This document shows positions 10,471 to 20,850 of a stretch of 34,917 nucleotides of DNA, piece by piece. Below the pieces are notes generated by a model that had not been told where the DNA came from, did no database searches, and saw nothing but the letters and a program-made list of their open reading frames with translations. A program made the translations under genes and the position numbers. The DNA is from Saprolegnia diclina VS20 (lineage: Eukaryota), in NCBI RefSeq assembly GCF_000281045.1, contig NW_008246111.1, forward strand, positions 37,807 to 72,723. Reading direction: 5' to 3'. How positions within the stretch are numbered: position 1 is the stretch's first letter; each line of letters starts with the position of its first letter.

Positions 10471-13400
10471 TTACGGCGTCGACTTGCTCTTGCTCGCGAG
10501 CTCGATGCGCTTGAGGAGCATGCGGATCTTGCTCACGTCGGCCGGAAACTCTTCACCGCAGTCACACGCCGCGCGCGTCATCGGGTACGCGTCGCTGCAC
10601 GTAAAGCAAGTGACGCTCCCATCGACGCGCAACCCGCGCTGGGCGGCGGCGTCGAGGCGTCGCAAGAGCACTTTGAGTTTGAGCGACGGTGGCGGCAGCG
10701 GCTCGGTGCACGTTCCGCAGGCGTCGTCCAAAAGGCTGTTAGTCGTGTTGCACAGCTGACACACAAGGTCTGTCGCCACGAGCTTCTCGGTGGTCCAACC
10801 CGAGTACGTCTATCGCCGTAGTTTTCGCTGTTGCACTCGAAGAGACGAGGTGCGCGGTACCTTGGTGTTGCCAAATGCCAGTGGCTCGGTTGTACTCGGA
10901 TCGGCTGGCGTCGGCTCGCTGGCGGGGTGCGTTGACGGGCGGCGAGGGCTCATCGAGAGCTGCGCTACCAGGCCGGATGCCATGTCCTCGGCCTCGATCT
11001 CTACACGACGAATCGATGTCGGCGGCGCCTACAGCTCATACGGTGACGTCTCCTGCGTCATCAAGCCCGTCGCACCCGCGCCGCTTGGAGGATCGGAGCT
11101 CTCTCAGCTGACGAGCTTGGCGCCGCGTTCTCGTCGTCAGCCGTGTTGGCTCGATCAACTTGCCGGGCTAGGTGCTGCTTGAGTCGGTTGACAACATCTT
11201 GGGCTGTCGGACGCCCTTTCGGGTCAAAGGCGAGACAGGCGGTCGCCAGGTCTTGAAGCCACGCGGGGCAGGTCGATGTAAACGTCGGCTTGAGCGCACC
11301 GTCACCGAGCTTGCGCATGATCTCCGGAATCGACGTCTCGGCTGCAAAGGGCACAAGACGCGTGTCGAGCTCGGTCAAGAGCGCGCCAAACGCATACATA
11401 TCGGCCGCTGCGTTGTAGCTGCGCTTCGGGTCGAGGAGCTCGGGGGCCATCCAGCGCAATGTACCAATGCCCATGGTCATATTCGACTCGTACTCGCGCG
11501 CGATGCCGAGGTCGGCGAGCTTGATGTAGTTGTGAGTGCAGAGGAGGACGTTCGGGCTCTTGATGTCGCGGTGGAGGAGGCCGTTGTGGTGCATATCGGC
11601 GAGGGCATTGGCAACGACCCACGCGACCTCCAATGATGAGACATCCACCTTGGTGGATTGATTGAGGCGCTTGGCGTCGAGGAAGCTGCGGAGATCACCA
11701 CCGTCCATGTACTCGAGGATGAGCTTGGGACTTGGCATCTTGGTGACAGCGAGGAGCTCCAGCACGTACGGCGAGTGGCAGCTAGGTGACACAAGTCGTC
11801 AATATTTTTGAAAAATGTCCAAAAGAGTACAGCTGCATGGTCTCCATCTCTTCAATAAGCGCGGCGACGCCGCTGGCGCCGAGAGCCGTCTTGACGGCGA
11901 CGGGACGGCCGTTGTACGTACCCTTGTACACGGCACCGTACCCGCCGACACCGAGCGGTGCATCGACGTCCATGGTAAAAGCCTCCGACGATATCTAGTC
12001 CCTCGTTGGCTCACTGAACCAAAAAAGACCGGAGCGCCTACCTCGGGCGTCAAGGCGTGGGCGGCGGCGTGAAGGATGTTGGCCAAGCGTCGGTGACCGG
12101 CTTGGATCGCGAGAATCATCGGTGTCCGTCCGTCCTATGCGACTGCGTTAGCGTCTCGATAGTCTGCAGATGCGCACCGCGTTGCGCTGGTCGAAGCGGA
12201 TACCAGGAGCTTGCAACAGCGCTTCCAGAAGCCCTCGGTGGTTTTGACGCACGGCGAGGTGCAAGAGCGATTCGCCAGCCTACAAATGACCATGTGTTTT
12301 ATGCATCAATGTATCGAGTACCTCGTTGGTCGTGTTGGGATCCAGCCCGTCGGCTACAAGCGAGCGCACCACGTCGGTGGCACCGTCACACACCGCTGCG
12401 AGAAGCGCTGCCACCTACCAAAGTAGCTTTAGCGCGACGGACGACTACGAAGCGTACCATATGGGTGCGTCGGCGGGTGTCGGTGCCAAAGATCGCAATA
12501 ACGTCCGGATACGGGGTCGCGCATGCAACGGGCGTGTGCTGAGTCTACTCCAAAATCTTAGTTGAAGCGTCGCGAGGTATGTGTCGACCGCGTTGGTTGC
12601 CTCGACACTAGCACCGGCAGCCAAGAGCACCGAAACGATAGCGCCGAGCCCGCGCCTGGCTGCCACGTGCAACGGCGTGTCGCATGTTTTCTACAGTATC
12701 AACTTGATACGAAGGGAATGTGTCTCCGTGTCGCTACCGTCGTCACGGCGTCGACGTTGGCACCCGCAGCGACGAGGCGCTCGACAACGTCAACATGACC
12801 GTTGGCCACCGCCAGGTGCAACGCCGTCTCGCCCGTCTATGCCACAATAAGCCACTTGGATGGTAGATACGAACGGAGTCGACCGTGGATTTGCTGCGTA
12901 GGTCGACCGTGGCACCCGCCGTCAAAAGGGCGTCGACACCGCCCAGGAACCCGGCACTGGCAGCGGCGTGGAGGACCGATGTGGGCAGCTAAGTCTCCTC
13001 CGTGGTAGCGAAATCGGCTGCAACGTCACCTACCTGACCGAAGGCGTCGAGTTGTGTCGTGCGGCAGCCGAGCAATAGCGTTAGCGCTGGAATATGCTGC
13101 TGTTCGACAGCGAGTCGCAGCGCCGATACACCCGCCTACGCGCTATAAACTCGCCGGATCCTTTGAGGGAGCGGTGCACCTTGTCTTCCATGTTGGGACT
13201 CGCATCCGCACGCAAGAGGTGGTCGACAACACTGAGTTGCATGGTGGCAACCGCAGCGTGCAGCGGTGTCGCACCCGACTACAAGTACGCCACATTACGA
13301 AATGACGTCTCGTAAGTGGCAGCTGGTTACCGTGTCGGCTGCGTCGACATTGGCCGTGCTTGCCACGAGACGGACAGCCATCGCAGTCCGGTGCAGGAGG

Positions 13401-14969
13401 ATCGCGACATGCAGCGGCGACCGCCCCAACTACAGAGATTATTCATCTTCTCGCAGATGTCGTTGAAGCGGGTACGGCGTCGCGCGTGTTGACGTCGGCA
13501 CCATAGTCGAGGAGCTGCTGCAAGCTGACGGACTCGTTCGTCTCAATCGCCGAACGCAGCGCTTTGGCCACGTGCTGGTCTAGTAGTTGCACAATATTGT
13601 CGTGGCCGCGGCCGACGGCGACGTCGCGCGGGGTCTTGCCTGCCTACGACACAATATAGTCATACCTTGGTGAAGATTTGCCAACCTTGGTCGTGCAGAC
13701 CACGGAAGCGTTGGCTCGGAGCAAGGCAGTCACAGTATCCGGGTCGTCGTTGCGCGCGGCCCCGTGCAATGGTGTGTCGCCCGTCTACAGTGTCGAGCTC
13801 GTTTTCATTCCTTCTGCATCAACAAGCCAATCGACTGTCTAATACCTCGGTGGCGAGCGTCACGTCCGCGCTGGCCGCCAAGAGAACGTGGACAACGTCG
13901 ACATGCCGTTTCCCAACTGCCCAGTACAGTGGTGTGCGGTGCGTCTAGCACGTAGCGGATTGTGGTGAGCTAGAATGGACAAAATTTGTCCACCGCATCG
14001 ATGGCATTGACGGGTGCGCCTGCACGGACGAGCGCGCAGGCTGTGGCAGTCGCGCCGCAGTAGGCAGCATCGTGCAACGGCGTCGACCCGTCCTATTGAA
14101 GCCAACATGGGGCTACGCACAGGCTGTGCTTGATCACGGAACCTGTGACGCAGCTTCGGCGCGCGCACCGGCTGAAAGCAGTGCGACGGCGACGGCCTCC
14201 AAGTTTTTGGCGGCGGCGAGGTGCAGCGGTGTCTCGCCTCTCTAGAGGCCGAATGGCTCGTCAGCTGGTGAAGTACAGCGCGTTATACCTCGTTGGTGCT
14301 CGACGGCGATGCGCCGCTAGCGAGCAGCTGCGTGACGAGATCGTGGTCGTTGGCGACGACGGCCTTGAAAAGACGCTTGGCGTTCGGATCCACGAAGAGC
14401 TCAGCGACGCTCGTATGGCCCATCTCCAGTGCAATCGCGCGTGGCGTCCGGCCGTACTAGGTTCCGATGGCTTCCTGTCACCTCTGGTCAAACCACCTAC
14501 CACGTCGGCAAGGCTCGTCCGCGCCTTGGCCGAGAGGAGCAACGTCACCGCCGAGAGCTTGCCGGCCTTGGCCGCTTCGTACAGCGGTGTCTTGCGGTTC
14601 TATGCGCCATCGTCAGCGACCCACATAGGCCAAGGGGTTGTTCGTGCCTCATCGATGGCGTTGACGTCGGCTTTCGCAGCCAGCAGCTCGACGATAATCG
14701 GGTCGTGGCCGTGCAGGGCTGCAATATGCAGCGCCGTCTGCTGCTTCTACATACCGTCATGCTGGTGCATGGAGCAAATGCACGTTGATATGTGTACGTG
14801 GTTGGTCGTGCTGGGGCTCACGCCGTGGCAGAGAAGCCGCGCGATGGCGGCCGCATCACCCGACTCGGCGGCGGTGAGTAGCGCGGCTGGCGACGCCGAC
14901 CGATCGAGACCCTAGAAGCAGCGGTATTGGACTCACTGCGAACCTTCCGGAAGCGCATACCATGACCAT
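10471..14969 (-). CDS. Ankyrin-repeat (about 21) TKL-type protein kinase with C-terminal duplicated Zn-ribbon/helix module; 24 exons
   Basis: Manual splicing gives one open frame from ATG 14969 (or 14963) to TAA 10471 over 23 introns, e.g. 14912-14960, 14600-14647, 11029-11075, 10810-10860. Ankyrin TPLH/TALH motifs recur throughout 12040-14911. Kinase motifs are GVGGYGAV, VAVK, HRDIKSPN, DLG and GTLRWMAPE. The tail carries CQLC..CGTC and CFTC..CDC. Confidence 0.88.
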
Positions 14970-15704
14970 GGCACGTTGACGATTGACACGTAAGTTCAGC
15001 AATCCACCCCAGCGACAGGCGGCAAGTCGCGATGGTGGTCACCATAGTATCGCCTTGACGCAGGTGAGCGTCTGGCCCTTGATCGTCAAATGCTGCTGCC
15101 AAAGAGACTGGAGCAGCGAAGTCAAAGTGAGGCGACGCCAATGAAGCAAACCGCGCCAACTGCAGGCGCCAAGTTTCAGTGCACGGTGAAACGGTCCAAT
15201 TCGCTTAGATAGTACACACCGTGTTCTTGTTCTACTCGGCCTTGGTTCAGTCGGTACAGTACGGCTCCACCAACATCCAACTCTGCATCATTAGGAAGAT
15301 GAGTTGTCACGGAGTAGATGTACATGTTTTTGACATACTCGAGTTTGAAATTTGATCGCTTCTTGCCATTCGTTGGGACCGTCAGTGAAGCGGCGGGTGG
15401 GACACGTGTACTTAAAGAAGGTAATTTTGTGCTGTTTGTAACGAAGCCCAGGCCACTGCGTTGACGTGACCTTTTGAGAGATCGACGGCGCAAAGACTAT
15501 CTCATCTCGCATTTGTACCTAAAATGCATGGCAATGTAGAACATACAGAGATACTGATAGCAGTTGCTGGAAATATTGAAATCTGGGGCACGAGACGCTT
15601 GGCATGCCAGTTTGACTTGGCGCGAGCGACGGTTTTCGCATCACCAAAATCGCGTACTTGTAGTCACCAAAAATACCTCAACGTTGCTCAAAGTCAAAGC
15701 GACA

Positions 15705-17465
15705 ATGCGTCCGGTGGCCCGCCGGGTCTTCCTTATTCTTGCGTTCCTCAAGCTGCTAGCGTCGGGCACCTACTGCCTCCTCGTGGCCGCACTCATGAGC
15801 TTCGCGTCGCCCTCGGACACCATCAAGTACCAGGTCTACGCGATGAAGACGTATAGTTTCGGTACGTACGCGGCCTGCGGTCTTCTCCACTGGCTCGGCG
15901 CGCTGCATATTCTCTGCGGCCGACGACCAACGTCGTGCCGCTTGAATTTTCTGTGCTGCCGCCTCTTTGTATCGGCGTCGGCGCTGCCGTGGGCACTCGC
16001 GGCTCAGTTTCTCGAGACGTTGGTTCAGCTCCTGCAGGCGTACCGCCTCAGTCAGCACGCTGTCAATTTGGACATCGCTTTTGTTTACCCAATGCTCGTG
16101 GGCCTCTCGACGGCCGTGAGTCCGTGGTTCTTCCTCTTCACCGACCCATTCGTACACCGCGACCTGTGGCTGCTCTTCAATTGCCTCCTCAGCTTTGTCT
16201 TGGCCTCGGGGCTCTACCTCGTCGCGTTCGTCCCGCCCTTGCTCTCGCTCAAATTTGGCGACCCGCGACAGATCTTTTCGATGGCCTGGACCACCGAGTA
16301 CACGCTACTCACCCGCTATATTGTACCAGTGTCGGCGATCGACTTGGCCGAGAAAGCAGCGCTATTTGGCCTCAGCTGGTTCAACGCCCAGCGCCTTGTG
16401 ACCAACACGCACCGGCGCCATGCAGTGGTGCCCTTACACCGGGGTCCGACCCGCGTGACCATCCGCTCCAAACCGCGCGCGTTCCGGATACTTTTGTGGT
16501 GTAATTTGCTACTCGGCTCGACCATCGTTGTCGCCGCTGTGTTCAACGTTGTGCGTGCCCCGGCGTGCCCCGATGGTTGTCTACTAGCGACCCACCCATG
16601 GTTTGCAGCGCAGTGCGAATGTGCCTACTATCACCTGCGCTGCCAACCGCCCACCGTGTCGCCTAATTTCACGCATCTTTTGTCGCCAGCGCGGTTGGGC
16701 ACACAACTATTTTACCTGCATGTGACCGAGTGTCCGCTCGTTTTTGGTTTTGATGTATCGCATTTGGTGCCGTTTGAGCAGCTGTTTGGACTCACGATCG
16801 AATTTTCCGACATGACAACGTGGGAGCTCGACAGCGAGTGGCCAGACTCGGTGTTAGCGATCGAAGTACGCTACAGCAACCTCTCGCACATACCACCTGC
16901 GTTATTAAAGCTGCCACCGGACTGCACCGTGCTCACGTTGGCTTTTGGCAACAACATGTCGGTATTGCCAACGACGCTTGTACCGTCGTGGCAGACCCTC
17001 TCCCGCCTCGTTCTCAACGGAAATCAACTGACAGCGTTGCCAAGTTGGTTTAATCAGTTGCAAGAGCTTGAGCGGATTGTCGTATCGAGTAATCGATTCA
17101 TCGAGCTCCCGGAAGCTGCCCTCGCGACGCTTCCCGTGCTAACACACTTTGAGGCAGCTCAGAATGCGCTTGTGGCGTTTCCAAAAACACTTCTCGCGGC
17201 CCACCAAGTCGCATTCGTCGATGTCAGCAACAACCCGATCGCAGAGACGCCAACCAGCGACGTGTTGGGTGCGATCGCGGCGCGCCGGGTTTTAGCGGAT
17301 GGAACGCCGGTGTGCACCGGGGCGCGACCTCTTGAAGGATGCCAGGAAGTGTGCGCCGACTCGTGCTCCAACTTTGAGCGTGGCGACCGCATTTGCCAAG
17401 CCAACTGCCTCCATGAAGCATGCGACTGGGATGCAACGGACTGCGCCAACGGCGGCTCCCAATAA
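15705..17465 (+). CDS. Multi-pass membrane protein with Cys-rich cap, leucine-rich repeats and C-terminal LNR/Notch-like domain; intronless
   Basis: ATG at 15705 lies in ORF 15564-17465. There are several hydrophobic N-terminal segments, then CPDGCLLATHPWFAAQCEC, LRRs (LSRLVLNGNQLTALP, LERIVVSSNRFIELP, LTHFEAAQNALVAFP, VAFVDVSNNPI) and CADSCSNFERGDRICQANCLHEACDWDATDC (LNR-like Cys pattern). Confidence 0.88.
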   Translation: MRPVARRVFLILAFLKLLASGTYCLLVAALMSFASPSDTIKYQVYAMKTYSFGTYAACGLLHWLGALHILCGRRPTSCRLNFLCCRLFVSASALPWALAAQFLETLVQLLQAYRLSQHAVNLDIAFVYPMLVGLSTAVSPWFFLFTDPFVHRDLWLLFNCLLSFVLASGLYLVAFVPPLLSLKFGDPRQIFSMAWTTEYTLLTRYIVPVSAIDLAEKAALFGLSWFNAQRLVTNTHRRHAVVPLHRGPTRVTIRSKPRAFRILLWCNLLLGSTIVVAAVFNVVRAPACPDGCLLATHPWFAAQCECAYYHLRCQPPTVSPNFTHLLSPARLGTQLFYLHVTECPLVFGFDVSHLVPFEQLFGLTIEFSDMTTWELDSEWPDSVLAIEVRYSNLSHIPPALLKLPPDCTVLTLAFGNNMSVLPTTLVPSWQTLSRLVLNGNQLTALPSWFNQLQELERIVVSSNRFIELPEAALATLPVLTHFEAAQNALVAFPKTLLAAHQVAFVDVSNNPIAETPTSDVLGAIAARRVLADGTPVCTGARPLEGCQEVCADSCSNFERGDRICQANCLHEACDWDATDCANGGSQ

Positions 17466-18095
17466 CGAACGCAAAGTGGACTCGTTCTTGTGTCAAAAGC
17501 GCCGGCCACGATTGTATGCATGTACACGGATATATTATATTCATGACATGCATTCCTGGGGAAAATAAGATGTTTCCGGATACAAGCATACAATAACCGA
17601 GACACTTTTCAAAGCCACCTTGCGAATGTCAATGGCGCCATAGCCATAGCGCCCCCATTTTAGCGACATTGGAGCTCTATAGGCCATCAAATCAAAGGAA
17701 ACGGAATATATTATCGGGGCATCGTGGTTTGGTATCGCCAGCATTCGCTTTTGCGGTCAAAATTTGTCACAATGATTCGATTTCCTCCATAGTGGTACCA
17801 CCCACCCCGAGATCCCACATCGTGGGCCGACCAATTGGCTGTCGCGAAGCTAAGGCGAAGCTCAAACGAAGATATGATTTAGCCCCCTGCTTGTGCACCC
17901 CGAGAACGTCCCGTTCCGACTGCGTTCCGACTGTCTGCAGTGGCCCCGCGATGTGATTCGCCCATAAAGAAAGGTGCGAACAGGCAACAAACACGAAATT
18001 AGTATGGATTGGCTGAAAAAACGCGCTGCAGACTTGCGTAGACATGCCGATCGGGTTGTGACCAGATGGTGGATCGATGCTCGGTGCAATCAGTG

Positions 18096-18955
18096 NNNNN
18101 NNNNNNNNNNNNNNNNNNNNNNNNNNNNNNNNNNNNNNNNNNNNNNNNNNNNNNNNNNNNNNNNNNNNNNNNNNNNNNNNNNNNNNNNNNNNNNNNNNNN
18201 NNNNNNNNNNNNNNNNNNNNNNNNNNNNNNNNNNNNNNNNNNNNNNNNNNNNNNNNNNNNNNNNNNNNNNNNNNNNNNNNNNNNNNNNNNNNNNNNNNNN
18301 NNNNNNNNNNNNNNNNNNNNNNNNNNNNNNNNNNNNNNNNNNNNNNNNNNNNNNNNNNNNNNNNNNNNNNNNNNNNNNNNNNNNNNNNNNNNNNNNNNNN
18401 NNNNNNNNNNNNNNNNNNNNNNNNNNNNNNNNNNNNNNNNNNNNNNNNNNNNNNNNNNNNNNNNNNNNNNNNNNNNNNNNNNNNNNNNNNNNNNNNNNNN
18501 NNNNNNNNNNNNNNNNNNNNNNNNNNNNNNNNNNNNNNNNNNNNNNNNNNNNNNNNNNNNNNNNNNNNNNNNNNNNNNNNNNNNNNNNNNNNNNNNNNNN
18601 NNNNNNNNNNNNNNNNNNNNNNNNNNNNNNNNNNNNNNNNNNNNNNNNNNNNNNNNNNNNNNNNNNNNNNNNNNNNNNNNNNNNNNNNNNNNNNNNNNNN
18701 NNNNNNNNNNNNNNNNNNNNNNNNNNNNNNNNNNNNNNNNNNNNNNNNNNNNNNNNNNNNNNNNNNNNNNNNNNNNNNNNNNNNNNNNNNNNNNNNNNNN
18801 NNNNNNNNNNNNNNNNNNNNNNNNNNNNNNNNNNNNNNNNNNNNNNNNNNNNNNNNNNNNNNNNNNNNNNNNNNNNNNNNNNNNNNNNNNNNNNNNNNNN
18901 NNNNNNNNNNNNNNNNNNNNNNNNNNNNNNNNNNNNNNNNNNNNNNNNNNNNNNN
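18096..18955. other. Assembly gap (860 N)
   Basis: Run of N hiding the 5' part of TPR-family paralog 1. Confidence 1.
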
Positions 18956-20259
18956 CGCCCGAGGCCGAGCGCTGCTCTCGCCACGCTGTCGCCTTGTTTA
19001 CGCAAGCCAATGGCCCCAACGATCGCGAGACGCTCGTGGCGCAGTCAGCTTTGGCCGCGGCGATGGCCTCGCAACGCAAACCAAGGACCGAGTGGGCACC
19101 GTGCTTTGAAGCGACGCTATCCGCGCAGGCGGCGTTTTTTGGAGCGGCGCACGCGACCACGCTTCAGACCCGGCTGCGGTTTGCCACTGCGCTGGCCATC
19201 AACAACGACCCGAGCGGGTCCTTAGCCATCAATTTGGAGACATTGGACCTCGAGCGGCACGCGTACGGCCTCAACGACAAGCGCACGGTGGGCACGCTGC
19301 GCTCGATTGGCGCCAACTACCTTCAGCTACACCAGCTTCGCGTCGGCGCTCGGTACCTGCGACGTGCGCTGGCTTTCCACGAATCGCATTATGGAGACGA
19401 CCACCCGATTACAATAGCGACGGCCGTACACCTTGTCGGGGTCCTGAACCACTCGGGCCACGCCAAGGAGGCGTTGCCGATGGTGGCGCGACTGGCCGCC
19501 TCGAACAAACGCATGTTTGGGCCCGGGCACACGAACACGATTCGCTTCAACCTTAACCTTGCCACGGCGGAGCTCATGGCCGGCAACATCCTTGAAGCCA
19601 AGACGCAGCTCATTGAGCTGGAAAGTGCCATGACGGCCATTTTACCGGTACCAAAACTGAGCTTCTGAATTCCATTCTAGTATATTGTAGTGCACGTGTA
19701 CTTGGCCGTCGCCCACTGGGCGCAGTGCAACTACGACGAAGCGGCCAAGTACTTCGCGCGCGCCTTGGACGACATTCCGAGCAAGACAAGCGCGTGGCTT
19801 CTCTTCATGTTTGCCGCCGACGCCCCCCGGGTGCCTACTGTCAACGCGGCACTGCAGCGCGCCCGCAGCTATCTCGCATCGACGGACGACACGGCACCCG
19901 AGACGTGGCCCGTCACGTGCTTGGCGTGCTGCATGCCGATCGTCGGGCGCCGCGTCGTCTGTTCAGCGTGCCCCAACGGCCTCTACCGGTTCTGCACCGG
20001 GTGCGTCGATCGCCGGTACCGGCGTGTTCAGCAATTTTGCACCCACGACCCGAGTGCCACTGCGTTCAAGACGACGCTGCCGCCGAAGCGCTTCTTTTTC
20101 GAGGCAGATCTTGGCGCGTCCGACGCAGCCTACGACGAGGTAGATGGCCTCTACGGCGCATACGAGACGTACTGCGATACACACAGCGTTCCGCGCCACG
20201 AGCGACTGCTGCGGACGTCGGTTCCGATCTTGAACCGGAGTTGGCACCCGATGGTTTAA
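18956..20259 (+). CDS. TPR-like/ZZ-like zinc finger family paralog 1 (5' end in gap)
   Basis: About 42-aa kinesin-light-chain-type TPR-like units (FFGAAHATT, AYGLNDKRT, HYGDDHPIT, MFGPGHTNT), probable intron 19648-19680, CxxC-x10-CxxC-x7-CxxC-x11-CxH, and C-terminus YCDTHSVPRHERLLRTSVPILNRSWHPMV. Confidence 0.78.
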
Positions 20260-20850
20260 GCCACCACTGAGTACTTGGATATGCTTTCTATACATGCCAA
20301 CATTGTGTATTTTTGCCTGAATAAGAGACCGGGATCGGTAGCAATAGAGAAGATAATGTCATGCTCGTGTACTTCACACCCAGTAGACTAGTTTGTGCGG
20401 GCCAAAGCGCCGCCTCGATGGGGTTGAACCCCACACCTCCTATTGGGTGGCTCAGAAATCGCTGTGGCAACTGCTCGACACAGTTGAGCCAAGTTCATTG
20501 GAGCCTCTGCGGCCAATCGCATTCGATAGGTCGAGATTGTCCTCTAAAGCAATGGACTGCATACCTTGACGTCGGAGCTGGCAATTGCAATTTTGGACAA
20601 ACGCGATTTCCCGGTTTTGAAGAAATAGGCGCGACAACAACATGGTCATGCATGCAGCTAGAATGACTGCAGATGACAGAACATCAAATAGCTTTGTGCA
20701 CGCAACGTCTTGGACAGCTTCCCAGGGACCGCAACCCAGCACACTTCAGTATGACTCTTCACATTGGTTTCAGGTTGCCTCAAAACCAGATGGCTCGTGT
20801 TCTGTCAACCCGTATGGTTCGATCATGCATTTTGTGGCGGACCTTGCGAG

